The position numbers were made by a program, and so were the translations under genes. Positions 40,343 through 52,900 of a stretch of 64,000 nt of DNA are shown one piece after another. Under the pieces are notes generated by a model. That model was not told the origin of the DNA. It worked only from the letters and a program-made list of their open reading frames with translations, and made no database searches. Every line of letters begins with the position of its first letter. Position 1 is the first letter of the stretch. Source of the stretch: Macrostomum lignano (lineage: Eukaryota); assembly GCA_002269645.1 (NCBI GenBank), contig NIVC01000597.1:62001-126000 (forward strand), read 5' to 3'.

Positions 40343-42076
40343 CAGTTAGTTAGTTAGTTAGTTAGTTGGTTAGTCAGTTAGTTAGTTAGTTAGTTAGTTA
40401 TTTAGTTAGTTAGTCAGTCAGTTAGTAAGTTAGTTAGTTAGTTAGTCAGTTAGTCAGTTAGTTAGCTAGTTAGTTTCTCATATTTCATATTTCTCACCAT
40501 CGTAGTAGACCAGAGCGCCTTTCAAAGCGTTCTTGTTCAGCATAGGGAAATACTCCAGTGCCCGGGACTTGCTCAGATAGAAAGACGGCTTGAGTATCTG
40601 AGTACCGGACACCAAGTCGTACATTTTTATGCCAACCCAATAGTAGGGAAGCTGCCACAGGTGATAAATTGGCAGCATTATTGGTAGAGGCTTGGTCAAG
40701 TGAGGTGCAATGTGCAGCATGTTGGCCCGTTCGCCTAGGGCTTCTTTTACCTGCGATTCGGGAGATTTCATGTGAAAGACTAGCTTTTGTAGCCATGTAT
40801 CATGTAATAATTCATTACCATCCATCACACGATTTTCAAGGGGTAGCGCCGTCCTTCACACGATTTTCTAGGGGTAGTGCCATCCATCACACGATTTTTA
40901 GGGGTAGTGCCATCCATCACACGATTTTCTAGGGGTAGTGCCATCCATCACACGATTTTCTAGGGGTAGTGCCATCCATCACACGATTTTTAGGGGTAGT
41001 GCCATCCATCACACGATTTTCTAGGGGTAGTGCCATCCATCACACGATTTTCTAGGGGTAGTGCCATCCATCACACGATTTTTAGGGGTAGTGCCATCCA
41101 TCACACAATTTTCTAGGGGTAGTGCCATCCATCACACGATTTTCTAGGGGTAGTGCCATCCATCACAAGATTTTTTAGGGGTAGTGCCATCCTTCACACG
41201 ATTTTCTAGGGGTAGTGCCATCCATCACACGATTTTCTAGGGGTAGTGCCATCCATCACACGATTTTCTAGGGGTAGTGCCATCCATCACACGATTTTCT
41301 AGGGGTAGTGCCATCCATCACACAATTTTCAAGGGATAGCGCCGTCCATCACACGATTTTCTAGGGGTAGTGCCATCCATCACACGATTTTCTAGGGGTA
41401 GTGCCATCCATCACACGATTTTCTAGGGGTAGTGCCATCCATCACACAATTTTCAAGGGATAGCGCCGTCCATCACACGATTTTCTAGGGGTAGTGCCAT
41501 CCATCACACGATTTTCTAGGGGTAGTGCCATCCATCACAAGATTTTCTAGGGGTAGTGCCATCCATCACACGATTTTTTAGGGATAGCGCCGTCCATCAC
41601 ACGATTTTCAAGCGCAACATCATCAGCCTCACCATTCGGTACTGCTCATAGTCCAAATTGAACACCGCCTTCTGCAGGTAGCGAACTCCGCCATGAATCA
41701 GTTTGGTGCTGCGACTCGATGTGCCGCTAGCGAAATCGTATTTTTCAACTAGCGCCGTTTTTAAGCCGCGACTGACAGCGTCCAGAGCGCAGCCGCAGCC
41801 GGTGGCGCCGCCGCCAATGATAAGAACATCAAATTCCGGACCATTCTGATTGGCTAAGCTGGCCAGCTGCTCTTCGCGCGATTTTAAAGGGGCGTCCATA
41901 AGCTGGTTGAGAGTTTTATCTCGCTTACTTGGCGGCTCGTAGCCCCGCCTGGAGTTGTAGGTCTCCAGCGCCCAGGGCACCGCCTGAAGACTGCCGAGGG
42001 TCAAAGCGCCGCTGCCGAATGCCAGATAGGCTAGGCGACGAATAGCCCGACTGTACATGACTGGCGCTGAAAGCAT
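32520..42076 (-). CDS. GPD2: Mitochondrial FAD-dependent glycerol-3-phosphate dehydrogenase with C-terminal EF-hands. Exons 42076-41633, 40750-40498, 39853-39317, 38044-37632, 34712-34365, 33518-33420, 32657-32520
   Basis: FAD motif [13 protein letters not shown]; [17 protein letters not shown]; INATG-type VNATGPYTD; GIRPLV; GGKWTTYR; EF loops [12 protein letters not shown] and [12 protein letters not shown]; ends [11 protein letters not shown]. All junctions are GT-AG and keep frame. Confidence 0.97.
32697..33040. repeat. 15-bp minisatellite (CTGAGCACACTGATT) in GPD2 intron 6
   Basis: About 23 copies. Confidence 0.96.
33800..34290. repeat. ~23-24 bp minisatellite (GGGAATCCCAGATTCTACGATGA[G]) in GPD2 intron 5
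   Basis: Tandem units; more diverged on the left. Confidence 0.93.
35495..36030. repeat. ~24-25 bp minisatellite (ATCATAGAAGCGTCATGTAAA[C/A]A) inside the Helitron-like element
   Basis: About 21 tandem copies. Confidence 0.93.
37000..37069 (+). repeat. Interstitial telomere-like (TTAGGG/CTAGGG)n tract
   Basis: About 11 hexamers; a degenerate equivalent lies at ~36550-36600. Confidence 0.85.
38120..39265. repeat. 17-bp minisatellite (CCGTTCTACTCCCTTCT; right-hand variant CCGTTCTATTCCCTTTA) in GPD2 intron 3
   Basis: Tandem array interrupted at ~38785-38987. Confidence 0.94.
38785..38987 (+). mobile_element. Short retroposon 3' end with (TAT)n tail, probably a 5'-truncated LINE or SINE
   Basis: About 170 bp of unique GC-rich sequence ending in (TAT)~11, flanked by TACTCC(C)TTC on both sides. 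Confidence 0.6.
39888..40474. repeat. (TTAG)n microsatellite filling GPD2 intron 2
   Basis: ~585-bp near-perfect tetranucleotide run. Confidence 0.98.
40805..41610. repeat. 30-31 bp minisatellite (CCATCCATCACACGATTTTCTAGGGGTAGTG) filling GPD2 intron 1
   Basis: About 26 copies. Confidence 0.96.
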
Positions 42077-43921
42077 TTTGAAGGGTTGTACACAAAGGTA
42101 TTCGCTTTAGATTATTCTACATTAATTTTCTTCGAAGCAAGATTCGTGGCTTCAGCTAAAGAGATGTCCTAACAGATAAAATGTCGCCCCTTTTGAGTAG
42201 ATAGCGATAGGGCACAAATACATTACTTGAGCTTGGCCACGGGAGCTCGTCTTCTTGCGTTGGATGTGTGAAGGAGAGGATTGAATTTATTAATTGTAAC
42301 CTTTCATAATTTTTATGCGAAGCCCATATGATAATGCTATACAATGGCAAATGCTATGAGTATTACTAAACCACAAACTTTAAATCCATTTCGTTCTGTC
42401 TTCATACATGCACTTCATAATTTTCCATTGCCCCAGGAATCATCACTTTTCTTAGTTTCTATAACACTAATAAGAAAAAATGCTTTGGTCTAGCAACAAA
42501 CAATAACACATAGTATACATGAATAATAAAGGCAAAAACAGAATATCTACTTTGCACGTGTCAATGATAAATACTTAAACAAGAGAGAAAACTTCCCAAT
42601 TATCCATAAATGGTTTCCAAATATAGTATAGAGGCTAATGCTCATGAATATCAAATTTGTCTTTAATGGTTAATAAAATAAACACAGTTCTTCAAAGATA
42701 TGAAAATATAAAAGAAACCTTGGTCTATATCAAGAAATTAAAAAAAATTTAAATGTAAGACAAAATCAGCACAATTAAATTAAACTACTCTAAAACTATA
42801 CATAGACTAGGAAGTATCCTATTAGATTCAAAATATATACGTCAGCAGCATCAAAAAGTATACAAGTATGTAACTGTTCAAATTCTAATGAATAGATACG
42901 AATAGATAAATATTCGAATTTTAGGCATCAATCTTTGGGAACAAAATAAAAAATTCTGCACACAGCTTTGTCCAAATGTTTTGATAGTTTACATCGGCGA
43001 CGATCTGCACTTTAAAAAAGGCATTAAGCTGATCGGATTCGTTCGTTATCAAATTCTATCTTTTTAAAGTAGACAGTCTGAAGAGAGAGATTGGTTTATA
43101 AAATTTCTGCAAACAAAACAATAAGACTTAAATCTTAGTTTATAGCGAGCTCCGTTATCATACAGTTCTTATTTGAGTTTTCGCTGTAAAGGAGCAGCAC
43201 AAATAGAGCAGTGAGTACTTAAAAACAATTAAATTAACTTTCTAAAATAAAAACAAAAGCCAATAAGAAATTCTGTCACTTGAGAAGTTTTTTCAATTTT
43301 TCATTTGTTATAGCTAAGGGATAAGCAAATGACAGACCGTGAAGACCTGCTTGCAAGGCAATAAATTTACGTGAAAAGGTAGTTAAATAAGAAGATTTCA
43401 TGTTATTTCCAGTGAAATTACGGCCTAAATATTTGAGACTTGCGATTTCAATCGTTCAATTTATCGAAAAGACGAAAACAATCGATCATGGTGTAAATAA
43501 ACAGTATAAATTTTGGCGTCAATTTAAAGATAGTTTCCCCGTTGAGCGCGCAGTAGTGATCTTAATGAAGGGAACCATAAATAAAATTATTCTTTTAGCT
43601 TGAATAGTCTGATTGCAAAGGCTACATAGGACGTTGTTTCTCTTTGAAAAACGATTGCATTTATAATCATCACTTAGGTCTGACACAAAAGTATAGATAG
43701 ATAAATGAATTGAATTCAAACTGTTAGCCAGTTAGGCCACTTCTGCATTAAAATCGGTTTAGTCCTTGATGCAGCGGTTACAAAACTATAAATAATTACT
43801 GTTGCCTATTTATAATATAACCGACAGGCTACCAAATTACAATTGCTGCCGTATTACAAGTATATTGTTGCAGTCTTCAAATTGAAACAGTTTTTCGAAA
43901 TCTAAAAGAATAATATCAAGC

Positions 43922-46900
43922 ATGGAATTGAGTGGAAAGCTTCAAAACAAAATTAGGGTAAGCCTGGTTTAAATCTATTTACTTAAATTTTATTGTTAGC
44001 TAAATGCATAACATAAAACTTCATTTTTCTATTATTATTATAATAAATAATGTAAGAATAGCCATAGGCCTAATTTAATCTAGGTCAGGTCTTTAGGCTT
44101 AAGGCACTTAATCTAACCTAACTAGTTAACCAGTTAAACAAAATTAAATAGACCCTAGCTCAATCTAGTTTTAATTACTAGTTAGAAAAATATGTAAAAG
44201 TATTAGAACATAATTAAAACTAAAAATATATGAGAATCCTTTTATTTATTTATATTAAACAAAAAAACTATTAGTTAATTAATTAATGGTCCATGGATAT
44301 ATCCCCTAAAATGCAGAAGCAAATATAGAAGTGGATGTGGAATGTTTGTTTGAATGATATGGAAGGAGATATAGATATTAGGCCTAATCTAAGTTTTACA
44401 AGTGGCTATTAGATAAGCTGAAGCAAATATTTATGATGCTAAAAATAGCAAAAACCATGCCTATGCTATTATGATTACAAGTATGGCAAAATCATATAGC
44501 TACAAAAATGCTATTAGTATAAATTCCAAATTCTAAAAATATTGATTCTAACCTTATTAGCCTATTAACAATGGTCCCTGGACATTTCGGTGACAGCCTT
44601 TTTGGTGAAAATTTAGGATGTTTCGGTGACAAATTTAGACAATTTGGTGACACATTTAAAAATATAAGTTAATTTTGTCTGTAAGATAATATACTCATGA
44701 ACAAGAGTTAATACTTAAAACTTATTATATTTTATTGTTTTATATTGATTTTGTCATTGATATACTGACTTTGTTATATCTATTACACTTAATTGGGTCC
44801 TGCACCTATTCAGATAAAAGGTCAATTGGCCAAGGTGACACATGGCAAGCTGCTTATTTTACATACTGCATCATTATACGACATAATCTCCATTGATATA
44901 CCTATATCCAAGGCAACATATAGCATATTTTTATTGCACAATTGATGCAAACAAAAGTTGTGGTTGTATATGTACATACTATACTTTACATGTATATCAG
45001 TATAGCATTACCTCCTAATGATTGCAAATGTTATTTTTAATATATTGTTTCAATGCATACTACAAATTTCAATAATTTTATGGTTACTCCATGTATAATG
45101 GCAGCTTTCTGAATCGGAATATCAGTTTTACAGATTACATGTACCTATATACATGCACATATGAACCATGCAAGAAATGACTTTAGATTTTGAATTTTGG
45201 AAAGATCAGCTACACTAGGTAGAAAAAAAAACAAAAAAGTTTTGGCCTCCAACTAGCTCTTTCCCAGGGGACATTAGGATTTGGTATGACTATCAGCTAC
45301 TATGATACTATGACTGGACTTATGACATGACTAAGAGTATGATGATATGATGCTATGATCATGACTATGGCTATGATCACATTATGACGATGGCGGGTTT
45401 ACATGTATATGGGCTACTGAAAAGCAAAGCAGCAGCATTTCCACGATTTTTTTCCAAGGCGGGCCCTGTGGCCATCAGCCCCAGCTAGCTGTTGTGGCCG
45501 GTGGTGCACCTTAGCTATTTTTCCACCGGGATGTAGCTGCTCCGATTTTTCTATTTTTGGGTTTGTGCGAGAACGATACAATTTGCTATATATGTACATG
45601 TGCTGAATTGTACATATGTGAATAAACATATAGCATGCATAAGGTTAAGGAGATGTATAGGAAGGAAATACAGCAGTGATTTGGCACAATGTTAAAATTT
45701 GCAAAATTTGTGTCTTATGGGAAAGGTAATTAAGGATGAATTCTTGCTGAGTTCAAAAAAGGTCACATTAGAGCTTAAAGAGAAATGAGAAACTAACAGT
45801 AAATACATTTGCTCCATACTTTGGTAGACCAATAATTGCCTATTGCTGACCAGAGTGACGAGGAAAGTCAAAGGAAAGATGGGGGAAAGGATGCCAAGCC
45901 ACATTAAGCTAATAAGTTGTATAATTTGTTTGTCAGAACTTGCCTAAATGCAGGGACAACTTGTCTCCATGCTTAAAGATTTGTTGCTATGTTACATGTA
46001 AATTGGCAAGTCAAGTATTTAATCTTTCTTCATTGTTCAATTGATATTAGCACCTTTGATGGTTCAATTTTGCAGAACAGTAAGCTTATTGAGTAAACCA
46101 ATTGTGCTTACTGGGATTTCAATATCTTCATGCATTTACTAACAATGCAAATTCTAGAATGGCAAGTACCAATGATTTGGTTGTACGTTTGCTACCATTC
46201 TAAAGCAAAATCATTGTTAGCAGCAAAGCATTGCGCTCACGGTGATATAATATTTGTTTTTGCCACACCATTTGGGTTAGCAAAGTATAACAATGGATCG
46301 CGTATGAAATATGAATGTGCATGAATTTAAAGACTCTTTTTGATGTAAATTTCCTTGACTTTGCAATAATCAATAAGGCCCGGGACCTACTAAATCATAA
46401 GCCCTTAACTTTCATAAAATAAATTTAAGTGTAGAGATATAAAAAAGTCAGTGATGAAATCAATGCAAAAACAATAAATGAGACAAAAAGTTACACTTCA
46501 CAACTTTTTTCCAGTTCCAGAACCAGAACAAGCAATATAAAAAGGCCCCTTGTCATCGAAGTGTCCAAAATTGTCATCAAAAAGGCAGTCACAAAACGTC
46601 TTGTCACTGAAATGTCTAGGGACCTTAACAATAGGCTATAGGCATTTTTCTCCTTTTTATGTCATTTTCCTAGAATTCATACTAATAGGATATTTGTGGC
46701 TATGATTTTGCCATATTTATATAAGTTGCAGTCATAATATCATAGGCAAGGTTTTGCTACTTTTGGGATTATAAATCATTGCATTTAAGCTTGCCTAATA
46801 GCCATCTATGCAATTTAGAATAATATCTGTATCCACTTCTATAATTTAGGAAAATATTCTATCTTCTGAATTTTAGCAAACATTCTGTATCTGCTCTTAT

Positions 46901-49900
46901 ATTTTAATACATATATATATATGCAACCTTTGGAATCACCTGGCAAGCTATATTGTATCTATATTGTATCTATACTATTCCTACTATTCAATGCAATATT
47001 ATTATTGGTTAAATGTGTATAATGATGATAATAATTTAAGGAAAAAACTATTATATAATTAAGTTACACTTAGAGATGTAGCCACCATGTCTATAATCCA
47101 AAAACTTATTAAAACATCAGTTGTATAACTAATAATGATTTAGGTTTATACCTAATAGGCATGGCCAAGCCACTGTGTCTATGATATTAAAGCTTATAAA
47201 CATAGCTACCATGTCTATACAATATAGAATATGTCTCATACTGGAAATAGTGGCTGGTTCAATGAAGTTTCTATAGCATTAGTAGTTATGTTATTAATAT
47301 TGAATGAGTTCATACTTAGAGACATAGAGGGTGCCATGCTCCTAATATAGTCTATTTGACACTGGAGATAGTGGGAGTCTTTATTGCCAAAATTTAAAGC
47401 AACAACCATGTATGTTTACATGGTAGATGCAGCTATAAGCTCCTACATTATAGACATGGCCACTATCTCTATAAGTACTCTATATATAAAAAATTGAGCT
47501 TGTTAGTAATTTAATATGTATCAAATATAAATATGAGAATATTGTAGTCAGGTATAGTCACATAGTCACAAAGCTTGACTTTGTGACAAGATTTTGATAA
47601 TAAAGATCAAGATTGAGATCTTGTCTAACCTCTAGCTTAAAGACAAGACAGCTTTGTCTAGCAGATCAATAAAATAGCCTGCTCCACTGACTTGTGAGCA
47701 CACACAAGCACATGGATAAGTTATAGTTTTGCAGTCCTAGGCCCATGGGAAAGACTTGAATATATTTGAACAAATAATAAATTTACTTGTTTAAATACTA
47801 TATCTTTGCAATACTTTCATACTTTATACAATAGATACTGGATAGAGAGTTATTTCATGAACCCAAATTTTGTCAATTTGTTGACTGTCTTTAATAAGCT
47901 TGAAATTTCAGAATATCAGAATTTCATTATGTTAAACTATTTTGGAGAGATACTACATAATAGATAGGAGGCTTCACAAACTAGAAATTTTATAATGTTA
48001 AATTTTACTAGAAAGATAAAAGACTATTCAACTTAGACTCTTAGATTATTAATGGTCAGTACAGAGTATTGATTGTGTAGCAGAATGAATTACATTAAAA
48101 AATTTATCTATTGCATAACATACACTATTTTCACAGGCTGCTATCAAGAGTAAACTAACCGAGCTAGGAGCTTACGTTGATGACGAACTACCCGACTACA
48201 TAATGGTGATGGTGGCGAATAGAAAAGGCAAGGACCACATGGCCAAGGATCTCGCACTATTTCTCGGCCAGAATACGTCGCAGTTTATTGATTGGCTGCA
48301 TTCAGCTCTGGCCCGGTTAGAAGCTGGCGGCGAGGCGGACTTGCCACAGGCCGCTGCCGCTGCTACTGCCGCCGTTACTTCTGCTCCCAGTGATAGCAAA
48401 GAGAAACCGGCTGCCGGAGCTTCAGTCACATCAGCGCCTGTTTCTGCTTCAAAACAGCAGCAACAGCAACAGAAGCAACAGCCGCCATCTGCGCCACAGA
48501 CCACAAAATCCGCTGCCGCTCCTGTCGCTACGCCGCCGCCTCCACCGCCGCCTCCGCCGCCTTCATCATCGTCGTCGTCACAGGCGCAGCCAGCAGCGCC
48601 GCCGGCGACAACTTCCAGCGCCAACGATGCATCGGCGGACGCCAACAGACGGCGCCGTGGCCCGCCCAGATCGCCGAGTCCGCCGCCTTCTTCTGCAACT
48701 GCCATCAGGCGACAATCTTCGTCTGGCGGCGGCGGCGGCGGCAGTCGGCGTGCTGGCGAACGCGAACGGAATCGGAGCGGCCGACGTGCCGGAGGCGGAA
48801 CCCGCCGCGGTTCGAGGTCGAGATCGAGGTCAAGGTCAAGGTCGCGCGATCGCAATAGAACTGGCGGTGAACTCGAATCGAAGCGAAATCGAAACGGTGC
48901 CCCGGTAAGAGCGTAGTTCGAGCTTTGTAGCAGCTCAGCTATGGTAGAACTACATGTTTGAATTGACTACTGACAGTATTATAAAATTATAAAATTTATG
49001 TTTCTTCTTTAATTTTCTACAGGTAAAAACTAAAAATATGCTAATGCAAGCAATGTCGCAAGCGGAATCGTCGCTGAAATCTACTACTATTACTACTGCT
49101 ACTACTACTAGTAGTAGTACAGCTACTGCTAAGCGGGAACGACCGGAACCTACTGTTCCGTTAGAGTCGGACTCTGATAAGACTCAGGCTCAGCAGTCAA
49201 CTGTGCCGGCCGCTACTAATGCGCCGCCAGCGGATGCCGGAGCGAATGGCGCCAGTGGCGGATTAAGCGAGCGAATCCGCGACAGGCTGGGCGAGCAGCG
49301 GCCAGCCCGCTCGCCGGGTTCCCGATCCCGCTCCCGTTCGCCAAATCAACAGCAGCCGTCTTCGTCTACCGACAGGCATCGGCGAAGTCGTCGCGGGCAT
49401 CATCAACGTCGGCAGCATCGGCGACATCGCCGCGACGACAGTCGCAGTCCCAGTCGAAGCCGGAGCCGCAGCGGCGGGCGTCGTCGACGGCGTTCGTTGC
49501 GCGACAATCGTCAGCGTCGGTCGAGTCGCGGCGGCGGTGACGGCGGCAAATCTCGATCAGCTGATAAAGCCGCAGCGGCAGTAGCAGAGACTGAAGAGAC
49601 AAAGAAGGTCGTCCTGACCTCGTCCACTGCGGCATCGACCTCATCGACGGCAGTAGCAGTTACGCCATCGATTTCAGCAGCTTCAACTGCCGTGACGACT
49701 ACGTCAACTGCCGAGCCGCAGTTTGTGGTGACCTTGACTGGTGCTGGCGATAAGTATCGCCTGCTGGCAGACCGTCTTGGCCAGCAGCAGCCGCCTGTTG
49801 GCAATGACAACAATAATAAAACTGATATGGAGGCTCAAGACGATGTCGGAGATTTGGATCGTCTGGCCGAAGAGATTATCGAATTTGAAGAATTCGAAGA

Positions 49901-52900
49901 GGAATTACCCTTGGCTAATTCCTACAAGCTGCTTATTGGGGGTAAGTCGCTATTTGCTGTCAAGAGGGGATGGGGCAGTAGCATCCCATCTGAGTACCAG
50001 TGATGGGGTAGTAGCACCCCACCTGAGTACCGGTAATGGGGTAGTAGCATCCCACCTGAGTTCCGGTGATGGGGTAGTAGCACCCCAACTGAGTACCGGT
50101 AATGGGGTAGTAGCACCCCAACTGAGTACCGGTAATGGGGTAGTAGCATCCCACCTGAGTTCCGGTGATGGGGTAGTAGCACCCCACCTGAGCACCGGTG
50201 ATGGGGTAGTAGCACCCCACCTGAGCACCGTTGATGGGGTAGTAGCATCCCACCTGAGTTCCGGTGATGGGGTAGTAGCATCCCACCTGAGCACCGGTGA
50301 TGGGGTAGTAGCATCCCACCTGAGTTCCGGTGATGGGGTAGTAGCACCCCACCTGAGCACCGGTGATGGGGTAGTAGCACCCCAACTGAGTACCGGTAAT
50401 GGGGTAGTAGCACCCCAACTGAGTACCGGTAATGGGGTAGTAGCATCCCACCTGAGTTCCGGTGATGGGGTAGTAGCATCCGATCCCACCGAGTACCGGT
50501 GATGGGGTAGTAGCATCCCACCTGAGTTCCGGTGATGGGGTAGTAGCATCCGATCCCACCCGAGTACCGGTGATGGGGTAGTAGCATCCCATCTGAGTAC
50601 CGGTGATGGGGTAGTAGCATCCCATCTGAGTACCGGTGATGGGGTAGTAGCATCCCATCTGAGTACCAGTGACGGGGTAGTAGCACCACAACTGAGTACC
50701 GGTAATGGGGTAGTAGCATCCCACCTGAGTACCAGTGATGGGGTAGTAGCACCCCAACTGAGTACCGGTAATGGGGTAGTAGCATCCCACCTGAGTTCCG
50801 GTGATGGGGTAGTAGCATCCGATCCCACCCGAGTACCGGTGATGGGGTAGTAGCATCCCATCTGAGTACCGGTGATGGGGTAGTAGCATCCCACCTGAGT
50901 ACCGGTGATGGGGTAGTAGCACCCCATCTGAGTACCGGTGATAGGGTAGTAGCACCCCACCTGAGTACCGGTGATGGGGTAGTAGCATCCCACCTGAGTA
51001 CCGGTGATAGGGTAGTAGCACCCCATCTGAGTACCGGTGATAGGGTAGTAGCACCCCACCTGAGTACCGGTGATAGGGTAGTAGCACCCCATCTGAGTAC
51101 CGGTGATGGGGTAGTAGCACCCCACCTGAGTACCGGTGATGGGGTAGTAGCACCCCCAGAAAATTCAACCTTATCTACATGTATTTCATTTATTAATACG
51201 GGCATTACCCCCTTATGATATTAATGCTTGTTTTGAGCTGCCACTCAACCCAACCAATGTTTGGGCCAATTTGTTTCGGCAGTCAAGCACAAGCAGATAG
51301 TATTTTATTGGACAGTTTGTTTGTGTTCAAGTTTTTACCATTTCGGATACTTGTAAATAAAGTGTATCTGACTATGGGAACTCACTGTCTGGACATATTA
51401 TTGTTTGTATTATATATATATATATATATAAGCTAGAATGCCCGATACGAGCGCAATGCCAATATTGTTGGATTTAAACAGCTCTCTGAATATTACTAAA
51501 TTGAGGAATCAGCTGTAAACATATTGGCAAATAGTGAAATAGTCTGCACTATTACACCAATACTGCACATTTACTAATGCAATTTTGGTTAGCAACGGCA
51601 GGTACATTAACTATTATAGTTGTTTGGTTTTCTTGTTGTTGGCCAATCTCTCTCTTGCTGTGGTCGCAGAAAAATTTGACAAAATTTAATATTGGCGACT
51701 TCAGTTCATAATGAATTGGCAGATTGTTACATGTATCTCTGTTCTCATTACACTGGCTTTGCTCTTCTGCGGATTATAAAGTGAGACTTTTTGCCGGCTT
51801 GTCTGAATAGGGACATTCTATCTATTTAGCCTAATTTCCCTGGTGTTTTTCTAGGTATTTCCCTGGTGGTTTTCTAGGGATTTCCCTAGTGGTTTTCTAG
51901 GTGTTTCCCTAATGGTTTTCTAGGGGTTTCCCTGACGGTTTTCTAGGTATTTCCCTGGTGCTTTCTAAGAATTTCCCTGGTGGTTTCCTAGGGATTTCCC
52001 TGGTGTCTTTCAAAGGATTTTCCTGATGGTTTTCTAGGGATTTCCCTGACGGTTTTCTAGGATTTGCCTGATGGTTTTCTAGTGGTTTCCCTAATTGTTT
52101 TCTAAGGGTTCCCTGACGGCTTTCTAGGGATTTCCCTGATGTTTTTTCTAGGGATTTCCCTGACGGTTTTCTAGGGATTTCCCTGATGGTTTTCTAGTGG
52201 TTTCCCTAATTGTTTTCTAAGGGTTCCCTGACGGCTTTCTAGGTATTTCCCTGGTGCTTTCTAAGAATTTCCCTGGTGGTTTCCTAGGGATTTCCCTGGT
52301 GGTTTTCTAGGGATTTCCCTGGTGTTTTTCAAGGGGTTTTCCTGATAGTTTTCTAGGGATTTTTTCTCTGACGGTTTTCTAGGGATTTCCCTGGTGTTTT
52401 TTCTACGGATTTCCCTGACGGTTTTCTAGGGATTTCCCTGGTGGTTTTTTAGGGATTGGATTTCCCTGATGGTTTTCTAGTGTTTCCCTAATGGTTTTTC
52501 TAGGGGTTTCCTTGATGGTTTTCTTGGGATTTCCCTGGTGTTTTTATAGGGGTTTCCCTGATGGTTTTCTAGGGTTTTCGCTGTTGTTTTTTCTCGGAGT
52601 TTCCCTGATGGTTTTCTAGGGGTTTACCCGACGGTTTTGTAGGGTTTTCCCTTATGTTTTTCTAAGGTTTAGATTTAGAAACAGGGTACCATTTTCAAAA
52701 TCTGGGTGTCATTTTCACACTCAGTGTCTCTTATACCAACTCAGTGAATCATTTTGGAATTTTTAGCAGTATTTAAAAGTTCATTACTAAAGAATTTTTA
52801 TCTACTAGCTGCTCAGTTTTAATAAGGATAAGCAGTTCTCAGCAGACCGCTCACTGGCACTAGTTTATCTCCGTATTGCCATTTATTTATCCATCGCAGA

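Noticed and set aside
48196-48855. Antisense ORFs over ZC3H14, PSMC5, GPD2 and the 61.4-63.1 kb ORF
   Set aside because: Shadow ORFs expected opposite GC-rich coding sequence; no independent motifs.
49741-51205. ORFs with GCYYPITGTQ / LLPHHRYSGG / TGDGVVASHLS repeats
   Set aside because: They come from a 33-bp intronic minisatellite of ZC3H14; the flanking exons splice in frame around it.
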